A stretch of 62,963 nt of DNA, the filler included. It is 2 parts of 2 records of this genome, joined end to end, with 100 filler letters (N's around TTAATTAATTAA, not from the genome) between each part and the next. Parts side by side here need not be neighbours in the genome. Positions count along the whole stretch, not along the records: positions 1 to 31,088 come from SRR20825006_324; 1 more part is not named here. The stretch is one strand, 5' to 3'. Positions 19,042 to 27,802 of this stretch are shown piece by piece (position 1 is the first letter of the stretch; every line of letters starts with the position of its first letter). Under the pieces are notes generated by a model. It searched no databases and was not told the DNA's origin. It saw nothing but the letters and a program-made list of their open reading frames with translations. The translations under genes were made by a program, and so were the position numbers.

Positions 19042-19919
19042 CCCGCCGCCGGTTTTTAACCCTCTGCGCCTCGGCCCCGGCGATGGGGCTGGCCAGTGCC
19101 GCGCGCGCCTCAACCCAAATCTGGCGAGGGCAGGCTTTCGGGGCTGAGGTCTCGCTGGAACTGTCGAGCGATGCGCTTCAGGTGCAACAGGATTTGGACG
19201 CAGTGGTGCAAGAGCTGCGTCAGATCGAAGCGCGGTTTTCGATCTTTTCACCCAGCTCTGAACTGTCGCAACTGAACGCCCGCGGGCGGATTGCGGTGAG
19301 CGAGGAGATGCATGAGGTCTTGCGGCTGGCGCGCCGGGTGCATCTGGCCAGTGAGGGCCTGTTTGATCCGACGATTCAGCCGCTTTGGCAGGCCCTTGTC
19401 GAGGGGCGTGACACGGCGCAGGCGCGGGCTTTGATCGGCTTTGAGCGGGTCGAGATCGGCAGCAGCCATGTGCGCCTGGCACCTGGCCAAAAGCTCAGCC
19501 TCAATGGCATCGCACAGGGCTATGCCACCGACCGGATCACCGCGCTGTTGCGGCGGCGTGGCTACGATCACGCGCTGGTCAATATGGGCGAATTCCGTGC
19601 CATGGGCGGGCCTTATCATTTGGGGGTGTCCGACCCTGAGGCGGGACAACTTGGCCGCCTGAGCCTGACGGATGGCGCGGTGGCAAGCTCCAGCCCCGGC
19701 GCGATGCGGGTGGGGGATGAAACCCACATTCTGCACCCCAAAGGCGGTGTGCCGCTGTGGTCGACGGTGACGGTTGAGGCGCGGTCTGCCGCGCTTGCGG
19801 ATGCCGTTTCGACCGCGTTTTGCCTGATGCCGCGCGATCAGATGGCGCGGGTCTGCGAACGGCTTGATCTGGGGCCTGTGATGATGATTGATTTTGAGGG
19901 GAACCTTGAAACGCTGTGA
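19020..19919 (+). CDS. apbE: FAD:protein FMN transferase (ApbE/NosX family)
   Basis: Tat-like signal TRRRFL, FDPTIQPL, LNGIAQGYATD, HILHP, ADAVST. Confidence 0.88.
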   Translation: MPAKSQLTRRRFLTLCASAPAMGLASAARASTQIWRGQAFGAEVSLELSSDALQVQQDLDAVVQELRQIEARFSIFSPSSELSQLNARGRIAVSEEMHEVLRLARRVHLASEGLFDPTIQPLWQALVEGRDTAQARALIGFERVEIGSSHVRLAPGQKLSLNGIAQGYATDRITALLRRRGYDHALVNMGEFRAMGGPYHLGVSDPEAGQLGRLSLTDGAVASSSPGAMRVGDETHILHPKGGVPLWSTVTVEARSAALADAVSTAFCLMPRDQMARVCERLDLGPVMMIDFEGNLETL

Positions 19920-19932
19920 GCGTGTTCAAGAC

Positions 19933-20844
19933 CTAACGCTCAGGGGGTAGAAAGCTTAGCCCATGCATGGCAAAAATGGCCGGGATACGCCCATCTGAAA
20001 GCGCCTTTTCAACGGCGTAATCAACGGCATAGCCAAGGTCGCGATGCTGTTGGTTGACGGCGACGCCAACGGTCCATGTCGAGCGCACCAGCCCCGGCAG
20101 CGGCGGGGTATGGACGGCAAATCCGTTGGTCTCGTCCGCGCTGATCCCGGCTTCGATCACCGCCAAAGGCGCCATGACGGCCATGGTGTCGCCTGCCACC
20201 ATGGCGGAGACGGCGCGGTCTGAGCTGGGATAGCGGTGGATTGCGTCGGATACGACGCCGCGACCGATGGAGGCGAGGTAGAGGTCCGAAATGCTGTCGT
20301 TTTCGACCGCGACGGTGTCATAGCGGAAATAGGCCGGCGTCGGGATGTCATCCGGGTCGGGGTAGTCGGTCAGACTATAGCCGATGGCGAGGGTTTCCGC
20401 CGCATATTGTCCAGTAAAAACAGCCTGTTCGACACGGCAGGCGAACTCACTGTCATAGGGCACATGCAACATCACGTCGGAGACGCGCCCGCCGACGGCG
20501 GCCCCTTTCCAAACGTAATTGCGCAAATCGCCCTCAAGGGTTTCATCGGCCTGAACAAGGCGAAACCGCGGGGTGACCCCGAGGTCTTCGGCGATGAGCC
20601 TGCCGATCTCAACGTCGATGCCCGCGGGTTTTCCGTCCTTGAGAAAGGACCAAGGTGCAAAGTTTTCGTAGAGCGCAAATTCGATCCAACCCTCGTCGAT
20701 GATGGTGTCGAAATCGCGGCCAATGTCCTGGGCAAAGGTATTTTGTGGCCGCAGTTGCGGCACCACATCCTCACAGCGGGCGAAAACCGGCCCCGCAGAG
20801 GCGAGACCGGTCAAAAAGGTCAGAGCAAAGAGGGAATGTTTCAT
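19933..20844 (-). CDS. Quinoprotein-dehydrogenase-associated periplasmic binding protein (PedG/XoxJ-like)
   Basis: Signal peptide and SBP family 3 features (FAPWS, GIDVEIG); directly downstream of pedF. Confidence 0.7.
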   Translation of the reverse strand: MKHSLFALTFLTGLASAGPVFARCEDVVPQLRPQNTFAQDIGRDFDTIIDEGWIEFALYENFAPWSFLKDGKPAGIDVEIGRLIAEDLGVTPRFRLVQADETLEGDLRNYVWKGAAVGGRVSDVMLHVPYDSEFACRVEQAVFTGQYAAETLAIGYSLTDYPDPDDIPTPAYFRYDTVAVENDSISDLYLASIGRGVVSDAIHRYPSSDRAVSAMVAGDTMAVMAPLAVIEAGISADETNGFAVHTPPLPGLVRSTWTVGVAVNQQHRDLGYAVDYAVEKALSDGRIPAIFAMHGLSFLPPER

Positions 20845-20856
20845 GGAAACAAACCC

Positions 20857-21543
20857 TTAATGCGCGGCAGACAGGCCAACGGTCAACAGGTCCGCTGTGT
20901 GTTTCCAGGTTTCCGGATCATCAGACAGGCTGTTTGAGGCCTTAAAGGCGATGCTGTCGGCGATGGGTGCGCCGGACCCGGTTTCGACTTCGGCAGCAAT
21001 CATGCCGAGCTCTTCTTTGAGAGCCATCGGATCATCAATATCGCCCGCTAAAAGGTGATCGCGGATTTCGGTCAAACGGGTCATGTGGCTGTCCAACGCG
21101 CCATCGTCGGGGCGGGTTTCGATATAGGTGCGGATCGCCCAGGCGGCTTTTTGACCCAGGATTTCGCCAAAGGCGGGCATTTTAGTGATGCCATTTTGGG
21201 TCATCCCCAATTGAAACCGTTCCACATACCATTCGTCGCCATATTCGGCAGCTTCAAGATAGCGCAAATCGGGGGCGAGGCCACCGGAGACGGCCCCAAG
21301 CCCATGACAGCGGGCACAGTTTTGGTTGAACCCGGAGGAGCCGATTTCGATGGCTTTGAGCCAGACGTCTTCGCCCGCCGCCTCGGCGCGATAGGGATTT
21401 TCGATCAACCAATCTTCGCCCTCCACCCCTACATCGGGCAACATATCGGTGTTGATCGCCTGCGGGGTGACATCGCCATGTGCAAAGGCGGATGTGGCGA
21501 ATGTGGCGACAGTGAGCGCGGCAATCAAAGCAGTACGTTTCAT
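20857..21543 (-). CDS. pedF: Cytochrome c-550 PedF/ExaB
   Basis: HGDVTPQ mature N-terminus, NPYR, NQNCARCHG, GGLAPDLR, TKMP. Confidence 0.88.
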   Translation of the reverse strand: MKRTALIAALTVATFATSAFAHGDVTPQAINTDMLPDVGVEGEDWLIENPYRAEAAGEDVWLKAIEIGSSGFNQNCARCHGLGAVSGGLAPDLRYLEAAEYGDEWYVERFQLGMTQNGITKMPAFGEILGQKAAWAIRTYIETRPDDGALDSHMTRLTEIRDHLLAGDIDDPMALKEELGMIAAEVETGSGAPIADSIAFKASNSLSDDPETWKHTADLLTVGLSAAH

Positions 21544-21595
21544 AGGATCCTCCCAAGTTTCCCAATCAATATCGCCGCAGCTGCAACAGGCGCTA

Positions 21596-21642
21596 TTCGA
21601 CCTTGGTGCAACTGTCGAAACCGTCATGCGACCTTGGTCCCA
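21596..21642. promoter_or_regulatory. Two copies of cluster palindrome
   Basis: TTCGACCTTGGTGCAA (21596-21611) and TGCGACCTTGGTCCCA (21627-21642) in the divergent pedF/pedA1-like promoter. Confidence 0.65.
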
Positions 21643-21692
21643 TTTCGGCGGAGCAGAGCCGGAATTTAAGGTGAGAGCACGGGAGGACGACA

Positions 21693-22892
21693 ATGACACA
21701 TATGCGGCGCACATTTCGCGTGGCGGCTGCCGGATTGCTCTGTGCGCTTTGCGTGCAGACAGGCGGACAGGCGGCTGATCTGGATCTGACGATCGGCTAT
21801 TTGCGGCTTGAAGAACCCGCGCATCCGGTATTGTCGGGCTTGGACCCGGTGCCCGCGCGGCGTGGTATTGAGGGCGCCGAACTTGGCGTGAAGGACAATC
21901 AAACAACGGGCGGGTTTTTGGGCCATTCCTATGCGTTGGATGTGGTCAGCCTTGCGCCTGAGGCCCTCGCGGCCGATGTCGCGGCGGCGGCGCGGGACAT
22001 GTTGGCCAAGACCCGCGTTGTGGTGTTGGACATGTCCTCTGAGGCGGCGCTGGCTGTGGCGGATTTGGCCGAGGCCAAGGGCGCGATTCTGATCAATGCC
22101 GCCAGTGGAGACGCGGCGTTGCGCGGGGCGTCGTGCCGCACAAATCTGCTGCACACGGCCTTGGAAGACAGCATGGCGGCGGATGCGTTGATGCAGGTTT
22201 TGCTGAGCAAACGCTGGACGAAGCTGGCGATGATCGTGGGTCCAACCGCCGAGGACAAGGCGCGGGCGCAGAGCTACCGTCAGGCGGCGCAGAAATTTGG
22301 CCTCAAGATCGTCTCCGAGACGACATGGACCTTTGACAGCGATCTGCGGCGCGCCGCGAGCCGCGAGGTGCCTTTGCTGACCCAAGGATTCAAATCGCAT
22401 GACGTGGTGTTGATCGCCGACGCCCATGACGATTTTGCCCGCTACATCGAACACAATACATGGGAACCGCGTCCGGTGGCGGGGGCGGGCGGCTTGACCG
22501 CTGTGGCTTGGGCGCCGGTGATCGAGCAATGGGGCGCGGCACAGCTTCAGTCGCGGTTCACCGATATGACCGGGCGCGCGATGACACCGCGCGATTATGC
22601 GGCCTGGGCGGCCGTGCGTGCCCTGGGCGAGGCGGTGACGCGGACCGGGACGGCGGAGGCGGGGGCGCTGCACGATTATCTTTTGTCGGATGGGTTTGAA
22701 TTGGCCGGGTTCCAAGGCCGCCCTTTGAGCTTTCGCAATTGGAACGGCCAGATGCGCCAACCCGTGCCCGTGGTCAACGCCCATGCACAGGTCGCTGCAG
22801 CGCCTTTGGAGGGGTTTGAACACCCGCGTAACCCTTTGGACACGTTGGGAACAGATCAGCCGGAAAGTGAATGTCATGCCTTTGGAGAGTAA
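21693..22892 (+). CDS. ABC substrate-binding protein, PQQ-ADH associated (PedA1/LutA-like)
   Basis: GAELG..DN.TTG.F, WGAAQLQSRF, FRNWNGQMRQP, DTLG.D.PE..C motifs. Confidence 0.85.
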   Translation: MTHMRRTFRVAAAGLLCALCVQTGGQAADLDLTIGYLRLEEPAHPVLSGLDPVPARRGIEGAELGVKDNQTTGGFLGHSYALDVVSLAPEALAADVAAAARDMLAKTRVVVLDMSSEAALAVADLAEAKGAILINAASGDAALRGASCRTNLLHTALEDSMAADALMQVLLSKRWTKLAMIVGPTAEDKARAQSYRQAAQKFGLKIVSETTWTFDSDLRRAASREVPLLTQGFKSHDVVLIADAHDDFARYIEHNTWEPRPVAGAGGLTAVAWAPVIEQWGAAQLQSRFTDMTGRAMTPRDYAAWAAVRALGEAVTRTGTAEAGALHDYLLSDGFELAGFQGRPLSFRNWNGQMRQPVPVVNAHAQVAAAPLEGFEHPRNPLDTLGTDQPESECHAFGE

Positions 22893-22893
22893 G

Positions 22894-23853
22894 ATGAGAG
22901 TGATATACGCGGGGCTTTTGACCGCCTGTTTGGCACAGCCCGCCTTGGCCGCCGAGATTTGGGTGAGCAACGAAAAGGACGACACGCTGTCGGTGATCGA
23001 CATCGACACTTTGGAGGTGATCCGCACGCTCAAAACTGGCGAACGCCCGCGTGGGATCACGTTTAATGCCGATTTCACAAGGCTTTACATCTGCGCCTCT
23101 GACAGTGATGCGGTGCAGGTGATGGACCCGGAAACGGGGGAGATCCTGTTTGATCTGCCTTCGGGCGAGGACCCGGAGCAATTCGTGTTGCACCCGGACG
23201 ACCGACACCTGTGGATCGCCAACGAAGACGATGCGGTGACCACGGTGGTCGATGTCGACAGCCGCACGGTGGTGGCGCAAATCAACGTTGGGATTGAACC
23301 CGAAGGCATGGCCGTATCGCCCGATGGCAAGACGGTGATCACCACCTCCGAGACCACCAATATGGCGCATTGGATCGACACCGAGAGCCATGAGATTTAC
23401 GCCAACACCTTGGTCGATTCCCGTCCACGCCACGCTGAATTCGTCAAAGACGGGACCGAGCTTTGGGTGAGCTCGGAGATCGGCGGGACGATTTCGGTGT
23501 TTGACACCGGGAATCAGAATGAAATCGGAAAGATCCATTTTGAGATCAAAGGGGTGCATCCTGACTTGATCCAGCCAGTGGGGTTTGAACTGACCCCGGA
23601 TCAAAAGACCGCCTTTGTCGCCCTTGGGCCGTCCAATCATGTTGCCGTGGTCAACACTGAGACGCTTGAGGTTGAGGGCTATATCCTGACCGGACGGCGG
23701 GTCTGGCACATGGCCTTTAGCCCGGATCATCGGCTTTTGTTCACCACAAACGGGGTGAGCGGCGATGTGACGGTGATTGATGTGGCCAAACGCGAGGCAA
23801 TCAAATCCATCAAGGTTGGGCGGTTTCCTTGGGGGGCCGCCATGCGGCCCTAA
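22894..23853 (+). CDS. YVTN beta-propeller, PQQ-catabolism associated (PedA2-like)
   Basis: WVSNEKDD, GERPRG, GEDPE, GIEPEG, SSEIGG and GRFPWG repeats. Confidence 0.85.
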   Translation: MRVIYAGLLTACLAQPALAAEIWVSNEKDDTLSVIDIDTLEVIRTLKTGERPRGITFNADFTRLYICASDSDAVQVMDPETGEILFDLPSGEDPEQFVLHPDDRHLWIANEDDAVTTVVDVDSRTVVAQINVGIEPEGMAVSPDGKTVITTSETTNMAHWIDTESHEIYANTLVDSRPRHAEFVKDGTELWVSSEIGGTISVFDTGNQNEIGKIHFEIKGVHPDLIQPVGFELTPDQKTAFVALGPSNHVAVVNTETLEVEGYILTGRRVWHMAFSPDHRLLFTTNGVSGDVTVIDVAKREAIKSIKVGRFPWGAAMRP

Positions 23854-23936
23854 TCAGATATGCGGGCCGCCATGCGTCCGTGATCGGACCAGTGAGTGGC
23901 TTAGAGACGACAACAATACGAAAGAGGAGTTTTACT

Positions 23937-24383
23937 ATGCGTTTCCCAATTTTAGCCGTCGCATTGATCGCAGCCTGTCCCGCCTTTGCCGATGATGACG
24001 GCGATGATGACGTAAAATTCGGCATGGCCGGTATCCTGTCGGCGAGCAATTCCGAAACCCTGCCGCCCATCCTTTTGTCCGCAGGCCAACCCTTGGCCGA
24101 CGCCCCGTTGCATCTTAAATCCGGCACCTATTACGAGATCGAAATCGAAGCCGACGGGTCACAAGAGCTTGGCCTTGAAGGGGCGGGGTTTTTCCGCGCC
24201 ATCTGGATTGACGAGATTGTCATCGAGGGCTTGGAAATCCGCCCTTTGGGGATTGACAGCGTCGAATTTGACGAGGCGGGGGTGATGGAAATCGGGTTTG
24301 TCGCGATCAAGCCGGGGACCTATGATTTGCATGTGCCCAAAGCAACAGGTGATTTGCAACGCCTTGAAATCATAATAGAATAG
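23937..24383 (+). CDS. Exported acidic protein, possibly cupredoxin-like beta fold
   Basis: GAGGAG RBS, signal peptide ending AFA, DDDGDDD N-terminus, FVAIKPGTY. Confidence 0.65.
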   Translation: MRFPILAVALIAACPAFADDDGDDDVKFGMAGILSASNSETLPPILLSAGQPLADAPLHLKSGTYYEIEIEADGSQELGLEGAGFFRAIWIDEIVIEGLEIRPLGIDSVEFDEAGVMEIGFVAIKPGTYDLHVPKATGDLQRLEIIIE

Positions 24384-24391
24384 GGGAAATC

Positions 24392-25147
24392 ATGGCCGGG
24401 CTTGTCGTTGATAAAGTCACTCATCTCTACGCCGGACGTTCCGATCATCCGCCCGCTTTGGACCAAGTGAGTTTTTCGGTCGACCCCGGCCAGTTTTGTG
24501 CCCTTCTGGGACCAAATGGCGCAGGAAAATCAACGCTTTTTGGCATTCTCACCCGACTTTTCGCGCCCAAATCGGGCCGGGTGGAGGTTGCCGGACATGA
24601 CATGAGCCGCGCGCCGCTCAAGGCTCTCGCGCGCATGGGTGTGGTGTTTCAGCAGCCGACGCTGGATCTCGATCTGACGGTCTGGCGCAACATGTTGTAT
24701 TTCGCGGGTCTGCACGGGATCACCGGGCGCGCCGCCAAACTGGCCGCGTCTGAGGCGTTGGATCGGCTGGCGATGGTCGAACGCGGTTCGGAACGGGTGC
24801 GCGATCTCAACGGCGGGCATCGGCGGCGGCTGGAAATTGCCCGCGCTTTGATGCATCGGCCCGAAGTCTTGTTGCTGGATGAGCCGACCGTGGGGTTGGA
24901 TGCGCAGACGCGGGCGGATTTGGTCGCCCATGTGCATCAATTGGCGCGCGACAGCGGGCTCGCCGTACTTTGGGCGACGCATTTGACCGACGAGGTCCAC
25001 GCGCAGGATGCCTTGGTGGTGCTGCATCGGGGGCGGGTGATCGAGCGCGGTGTGGCCGAGCAGGTCGGGCCGGAGCTGACCCAACATTTCCTCGCACTCA
25101 CGGGCGGGTTGACTGGCGAGTTGACCGGCGAAAGACAGCCCGCATGA
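24392..25147 (+). CDS. ABC transporter ATPase (PedB/LutE-like)
   Basis: GPNGAGKST, LNGGHRRR, LLDEPTVGLD, WATH. Confidence 0.9.
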   Translation: MAGLVVDKVTHLYAGRSDHPPALDQVSFSVDPGQFCALLGPNGAGKSTLFGILTRLFAPKSGRVEVAGHDMSRAPLKALARMGVVFQQPTLDLDLTVWRNMLYFAGLHGITGRAAKLAASEALDRLAMVERGSERVRDLNGGHRRRLEIARALMHRPEVLLLDEPTVGLDAQTRADLVAHVHQLARDSGLAVLWATHLTDEVHAQDALVVLHRGRVIERGVAEQVGPELTQHFLALTGGLTGELTGERQPA

Positions 25148-25935
25148 GGCATTATGTCACCGCCCTTATCGCCATTTGCCATCGCGAAGCGCTGCGGTTT
25201 TTCGGCCAACGCGCCCGGATGATCGCCGCTTTGGTGCGGCCTTTGATGTGGCTTTTTGTCTTTGCCGCGGGGTTTCGCGCGGCTTTGGGCTTGTCGATCA
25301 CGCCGCCTTACGAGACCTATATCAGCTATGAAACCTACATCGTGCCGGGGCTCTGCGCGATGATTTTGCTGTTCAACGGCATGCAATCTTCGCTGTCTTT
25401 GGTGATGGATCGCGAGATGGGGACGATGCGGCTTTTGCTGACCGCGCCCTTGCCGCGCTGGTGGCTGTTGAGTTGTAAACTGATGGCGGGGGCGGTGATT
25501 TCGGTGCTGCAAGCCGTTGTATTCTTGGCAATTTGCGCCCTCTACGGCATCCGCTTTTCGCCAATGGGCTATGTCGCGGCCCTGCCTGCGATGTTTTTAT
25601 GCGCGCTGATGGTGGGGGCTTTGGGGATTGCGCTCTCTTCGACCATTCGTAGCTTGGAAAATTTTGCGGGGGTGATGAATTTCGTGATTTTCCCGATGTT
25701 TTTCCTCTCCACGGCGCTGTACCCGCTTTGGAAAATGGCCGAGGCCTCTGAGCTTTTGTGGTGGATTTGCGCGATCAACCCGTTTTCGCATGGAGTCGAA
25801 ACGATCCGATTTGCGCTTTATCTCAAGGCCGATCCTTTGGATTGGGCCATCACCGTGGCAGCGGTGGTGGTGTTTATGGCGCTGGCGCTGTGGGGCTATG
25901 ATCCGGGCAAGCGGACGATGGGGCGCAAGGGTTAA
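25144..25935 (+). CDS. ABC-2 permease (PedC/LutF-like)
   Basis: ALVRPLMW, PPYETYI, ENFAGVMNFVIFPMFF. Confidence 0.88.
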   Translation: MRHYVTALIAICHREALRFFGQRARMIAALVRPLMWLFVFAAGFRAALGLSITPPYETYISYETYIVPGLCAMILLFNGMQSSLSLVMDREMGTMRLLLTAPLPRWWLLSCKLMAGAVISVLQAVVFLAICALYGIRFSPMGYVAALPAMFLCALMVGALGIALSSTIRSLENFAGVMNFVIFPMFFLSTALYPLWKMAEASELLWWICAINPFSHGVETIRFALYLKADPLDWAITVAAVVVFMALALWGYDPGKRTMGRKG

Positions 25936-25958
25936 ACGCGCGCAGGTTGTAGAAAATC

Positions 25959-25974
25959 CGCCACTTTGGTCGGA
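25959..25974. promoter_or_regulatory. Copy of cluster palindrome (reverse complement TCCGACCAAAGTGGCG)
   Basis: Upstream of the Sel1-repeat gene. Confidence 0.5.
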
Positions 25975-26022
25975 TGGGACAAAGCCACGCGCTCTGGCAC
26001 CATGGGCGCGGGAGGATTTCAC

Positions 26023-26604
26023 ATGAAGATTGTAATTTTGGCGATGGCGCTTGCCGCGGCGGCGCCCGTTTTGGCCGAAGATTTAACCCAAGACTTAGCC
26101 ATGCAGCTTGGCCCGGACACCGAGGTGAACGAGCAGGGCACACTCAACCCGCATGAGATGTCGATGGCGCAGGTGATGGAGAGCATCCGCAATGGCGACA
26201 CCGGGATGGTGATTTGTTCTCAGGGCTATTTGGTGACCAAATCAGGTCGTCACGAGATGGCGCGCGAGCTGTTTAAAAGCTGTGCCGATCACGGCTGGAC
26301 CGGGGCGATGACATGGATGAGCCAGCTCGATGATCGAGGTCTGGGCGGGCCACAGGATTTGGAAGCGGCGGCGGACTGGAACCGCAAGGCGGCGGAGGCG
26401 GGCGATCCAGTTGGCAAATTCAACCACGGGTTGGATTTGATGCGCGGCTGGGGCGTGGCGCGCGACGAGGCGGCGGGGCGCGCCATGGTCGATGAGGCGG
26501 CGCGGGACGGTTTGGACGTGGCGCAGCGACTGCAAAGTGCGGAGTATGATCTGGACGAGGTGACGCCGGATGCGGATGAATGGCGCTATTTGAACCTGTT
26601 CTAA
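26023..26604 (+). CDS. Exported Sel1-repeat protein
   Basis: GGAGG RBS, signal peptide, GLGGPQDLEAAADW and GWGVARDEAAG Sel1-like repeats. Confidence 0.75.
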   Translation: MKIVILAMALAAAAPVLAEDLTQDLAMQLGPDTEVNEQGTLNPHEMSMAQVMESIRNGDTGMVICSQGYLVTKSGRHEMARELFKSCADHGWTGAMTWMSQLDDRGLGGPQDLEAAADWNRKAAEAGDPVGKFNHGLDLMRGWGVARDEAAGRAMVDEAARDGLDVAQRLQSAEYDLDEVTPDADEWRYLNLF

Positions 26605-26609
26605 GGGGG

Positions 26610-26648
26610 TACGACCAAAGTCGTAGGTGGACTGCGACCAAGGTCGGG
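26610..26648. promoter_or_regulatory. Two copies of cluster palindrome (best matches)
   Basis: TACGACCAAAGTCGTA (26610-26625) and TGCGACCAAGGTCGGG (26633-26648) upstream of the cytochrome c gene. Confidence 0.7.
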
Positions 26649-26726
26649 GGGCTTTGTTGATGTACATCAACACCTTGCGCGGTGGAAAGGGCGATCTTGG
26701 GCATGAACATGCCATAGGAGTCCGCC

Positions 26727-27125
26727 ATGAAAGCCATCAAAATCGCCATACATCTGATCCCCGCACTCTTTGCCGCCACGCTTGGCACCTCAGCCGTTGC
26801 GGGTGAATATGACGCGATCAAAGCCGCCGCCGGGGCAGAGTTTTTTGACAAGGAATGCCACCGCTGCCACTCGGTCGATGCCGACCGCGCCAGCTATGGC
26901 CCGTTGTTGACCGGGGTGATCGGCCGCAAAGCCGGTAGCTTTGAGGGTTATCCCTATTCGGACGCCCTGAAAAACGCCAATTTCACCTGGACCGCAGGCG
27001 CGATCCGGGCGTGGATGGAAGACAATGATGGCTTGGTGCCGGGCACGAAAATGCGCCATGTCGGTGTTGTGGATGCGACGGTTCAGGATTTCATCGTCAC
27101 CTATCTGGCGTCGATTTCCGAATGA
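26727..27125 (+). CDS. Class I cytochrome c (c2/c550-like)
   Basis: Signal peptide, CHRCH, GP.L.GV.GRKAG, YSDA, PGTKM. Confidence 0.9.
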   Translation: MKAIKIAIHLIPALFAATLGTSAVAGEYDAIKAAAGAEFFDKECHRCHSVDADRASYGPLLTGVIGRKAGSFEGYPYSDALKNANFTWTAGAIRAWMEDNDGLVPGTKMRHVGVVDATVQDFIVTYLASISE

Positions 27126-27139
27126 TCCTCGTCGTTTAA

Positions 27140-27802
27140 TCAAGTTGTGAGTTCAGAGAGGTTGGCGGTCTGGACCTGTGCGGGCCGCCCGCCAAGGATC
27201 AACACCCGATCGCACAGCCGGGCCGCCTCTTTCGGGTCGTGGGTGACCAGAATTGTCGTGGTGACATGATGCGCGCACAGGGTCTCAAACAGGCGCATCA
27301 TCTCATCGGCGAGCTGTGGGTCGAGCGACACAAAGGCTTCATCCATCAGCAACAGATCGGGGGCGGCGGCAAAGGCGCGGGCCAAGGCCAAGCGGCGCTG
27401 TTGACCCAATGAGAGCTGACCGGGGAACAGATCGGCATGATCCGAAAGACCCACCTGCGCCAACCACTGCCGCGCGTTCGGCGCGTCGATGCGGGTGGTC
27501 TGGGTCAGATTGTCCAAGGCGCTGCGCCACGGCAAAAGGGTCGGTTCCTGGAACACGGTGCTGATGCGCTCTGGGCGCTCGCAACTGCCGTCATAATCGG
27601 AATGCAGCCCGCAAATCACCCGCAACAGCGTCGATTTTCCCACGCCCGAGGGTCCGACGAGAGCAAGGGAGGCACCGGGCGCGATCGAAAACGAAATCGG
27701 CCCGAGAATCTGTTGCCCGCCGGCATGGGCCGAGCGCAGATCAACGCGCACGCCCCCACTGAGAGTAGGGGGCGTGGGGATGGTAATCGGCATCAGCTTC
27801 AT
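27140..27802 (-). CDS. ABC transporter ATPase, NitT/TauT family
   Basis: GPSGVGKST, VFQEPTLLPW, LSLGQQRR, LMDE. Confidence 0.9.
   Translation of the reverse strand: MKLMPITIPTPPTLSGGVRVDLRSAHAGGQQILGPISFSIAPGASLALVGPSGVGKSTLLRVICGLHSDYDGSCERPERISTVFQEPTLLPWRSALDNLTQTTRIDAPNARQWLAQVGLSDHADLFPGQLSLGQQRRLALARAFAAAPDLLLMDEAFVSLDPQLADEMMRLFETLCAHHVTTTILVTHDPKEAARLCDRVLILGGRPAQVQTANLSELTT

Noticed and set aside
16915-19919. Denitrification (nos/nir) cluster
   Set aside because: No nosZ, nosDFYL or nirS in the window
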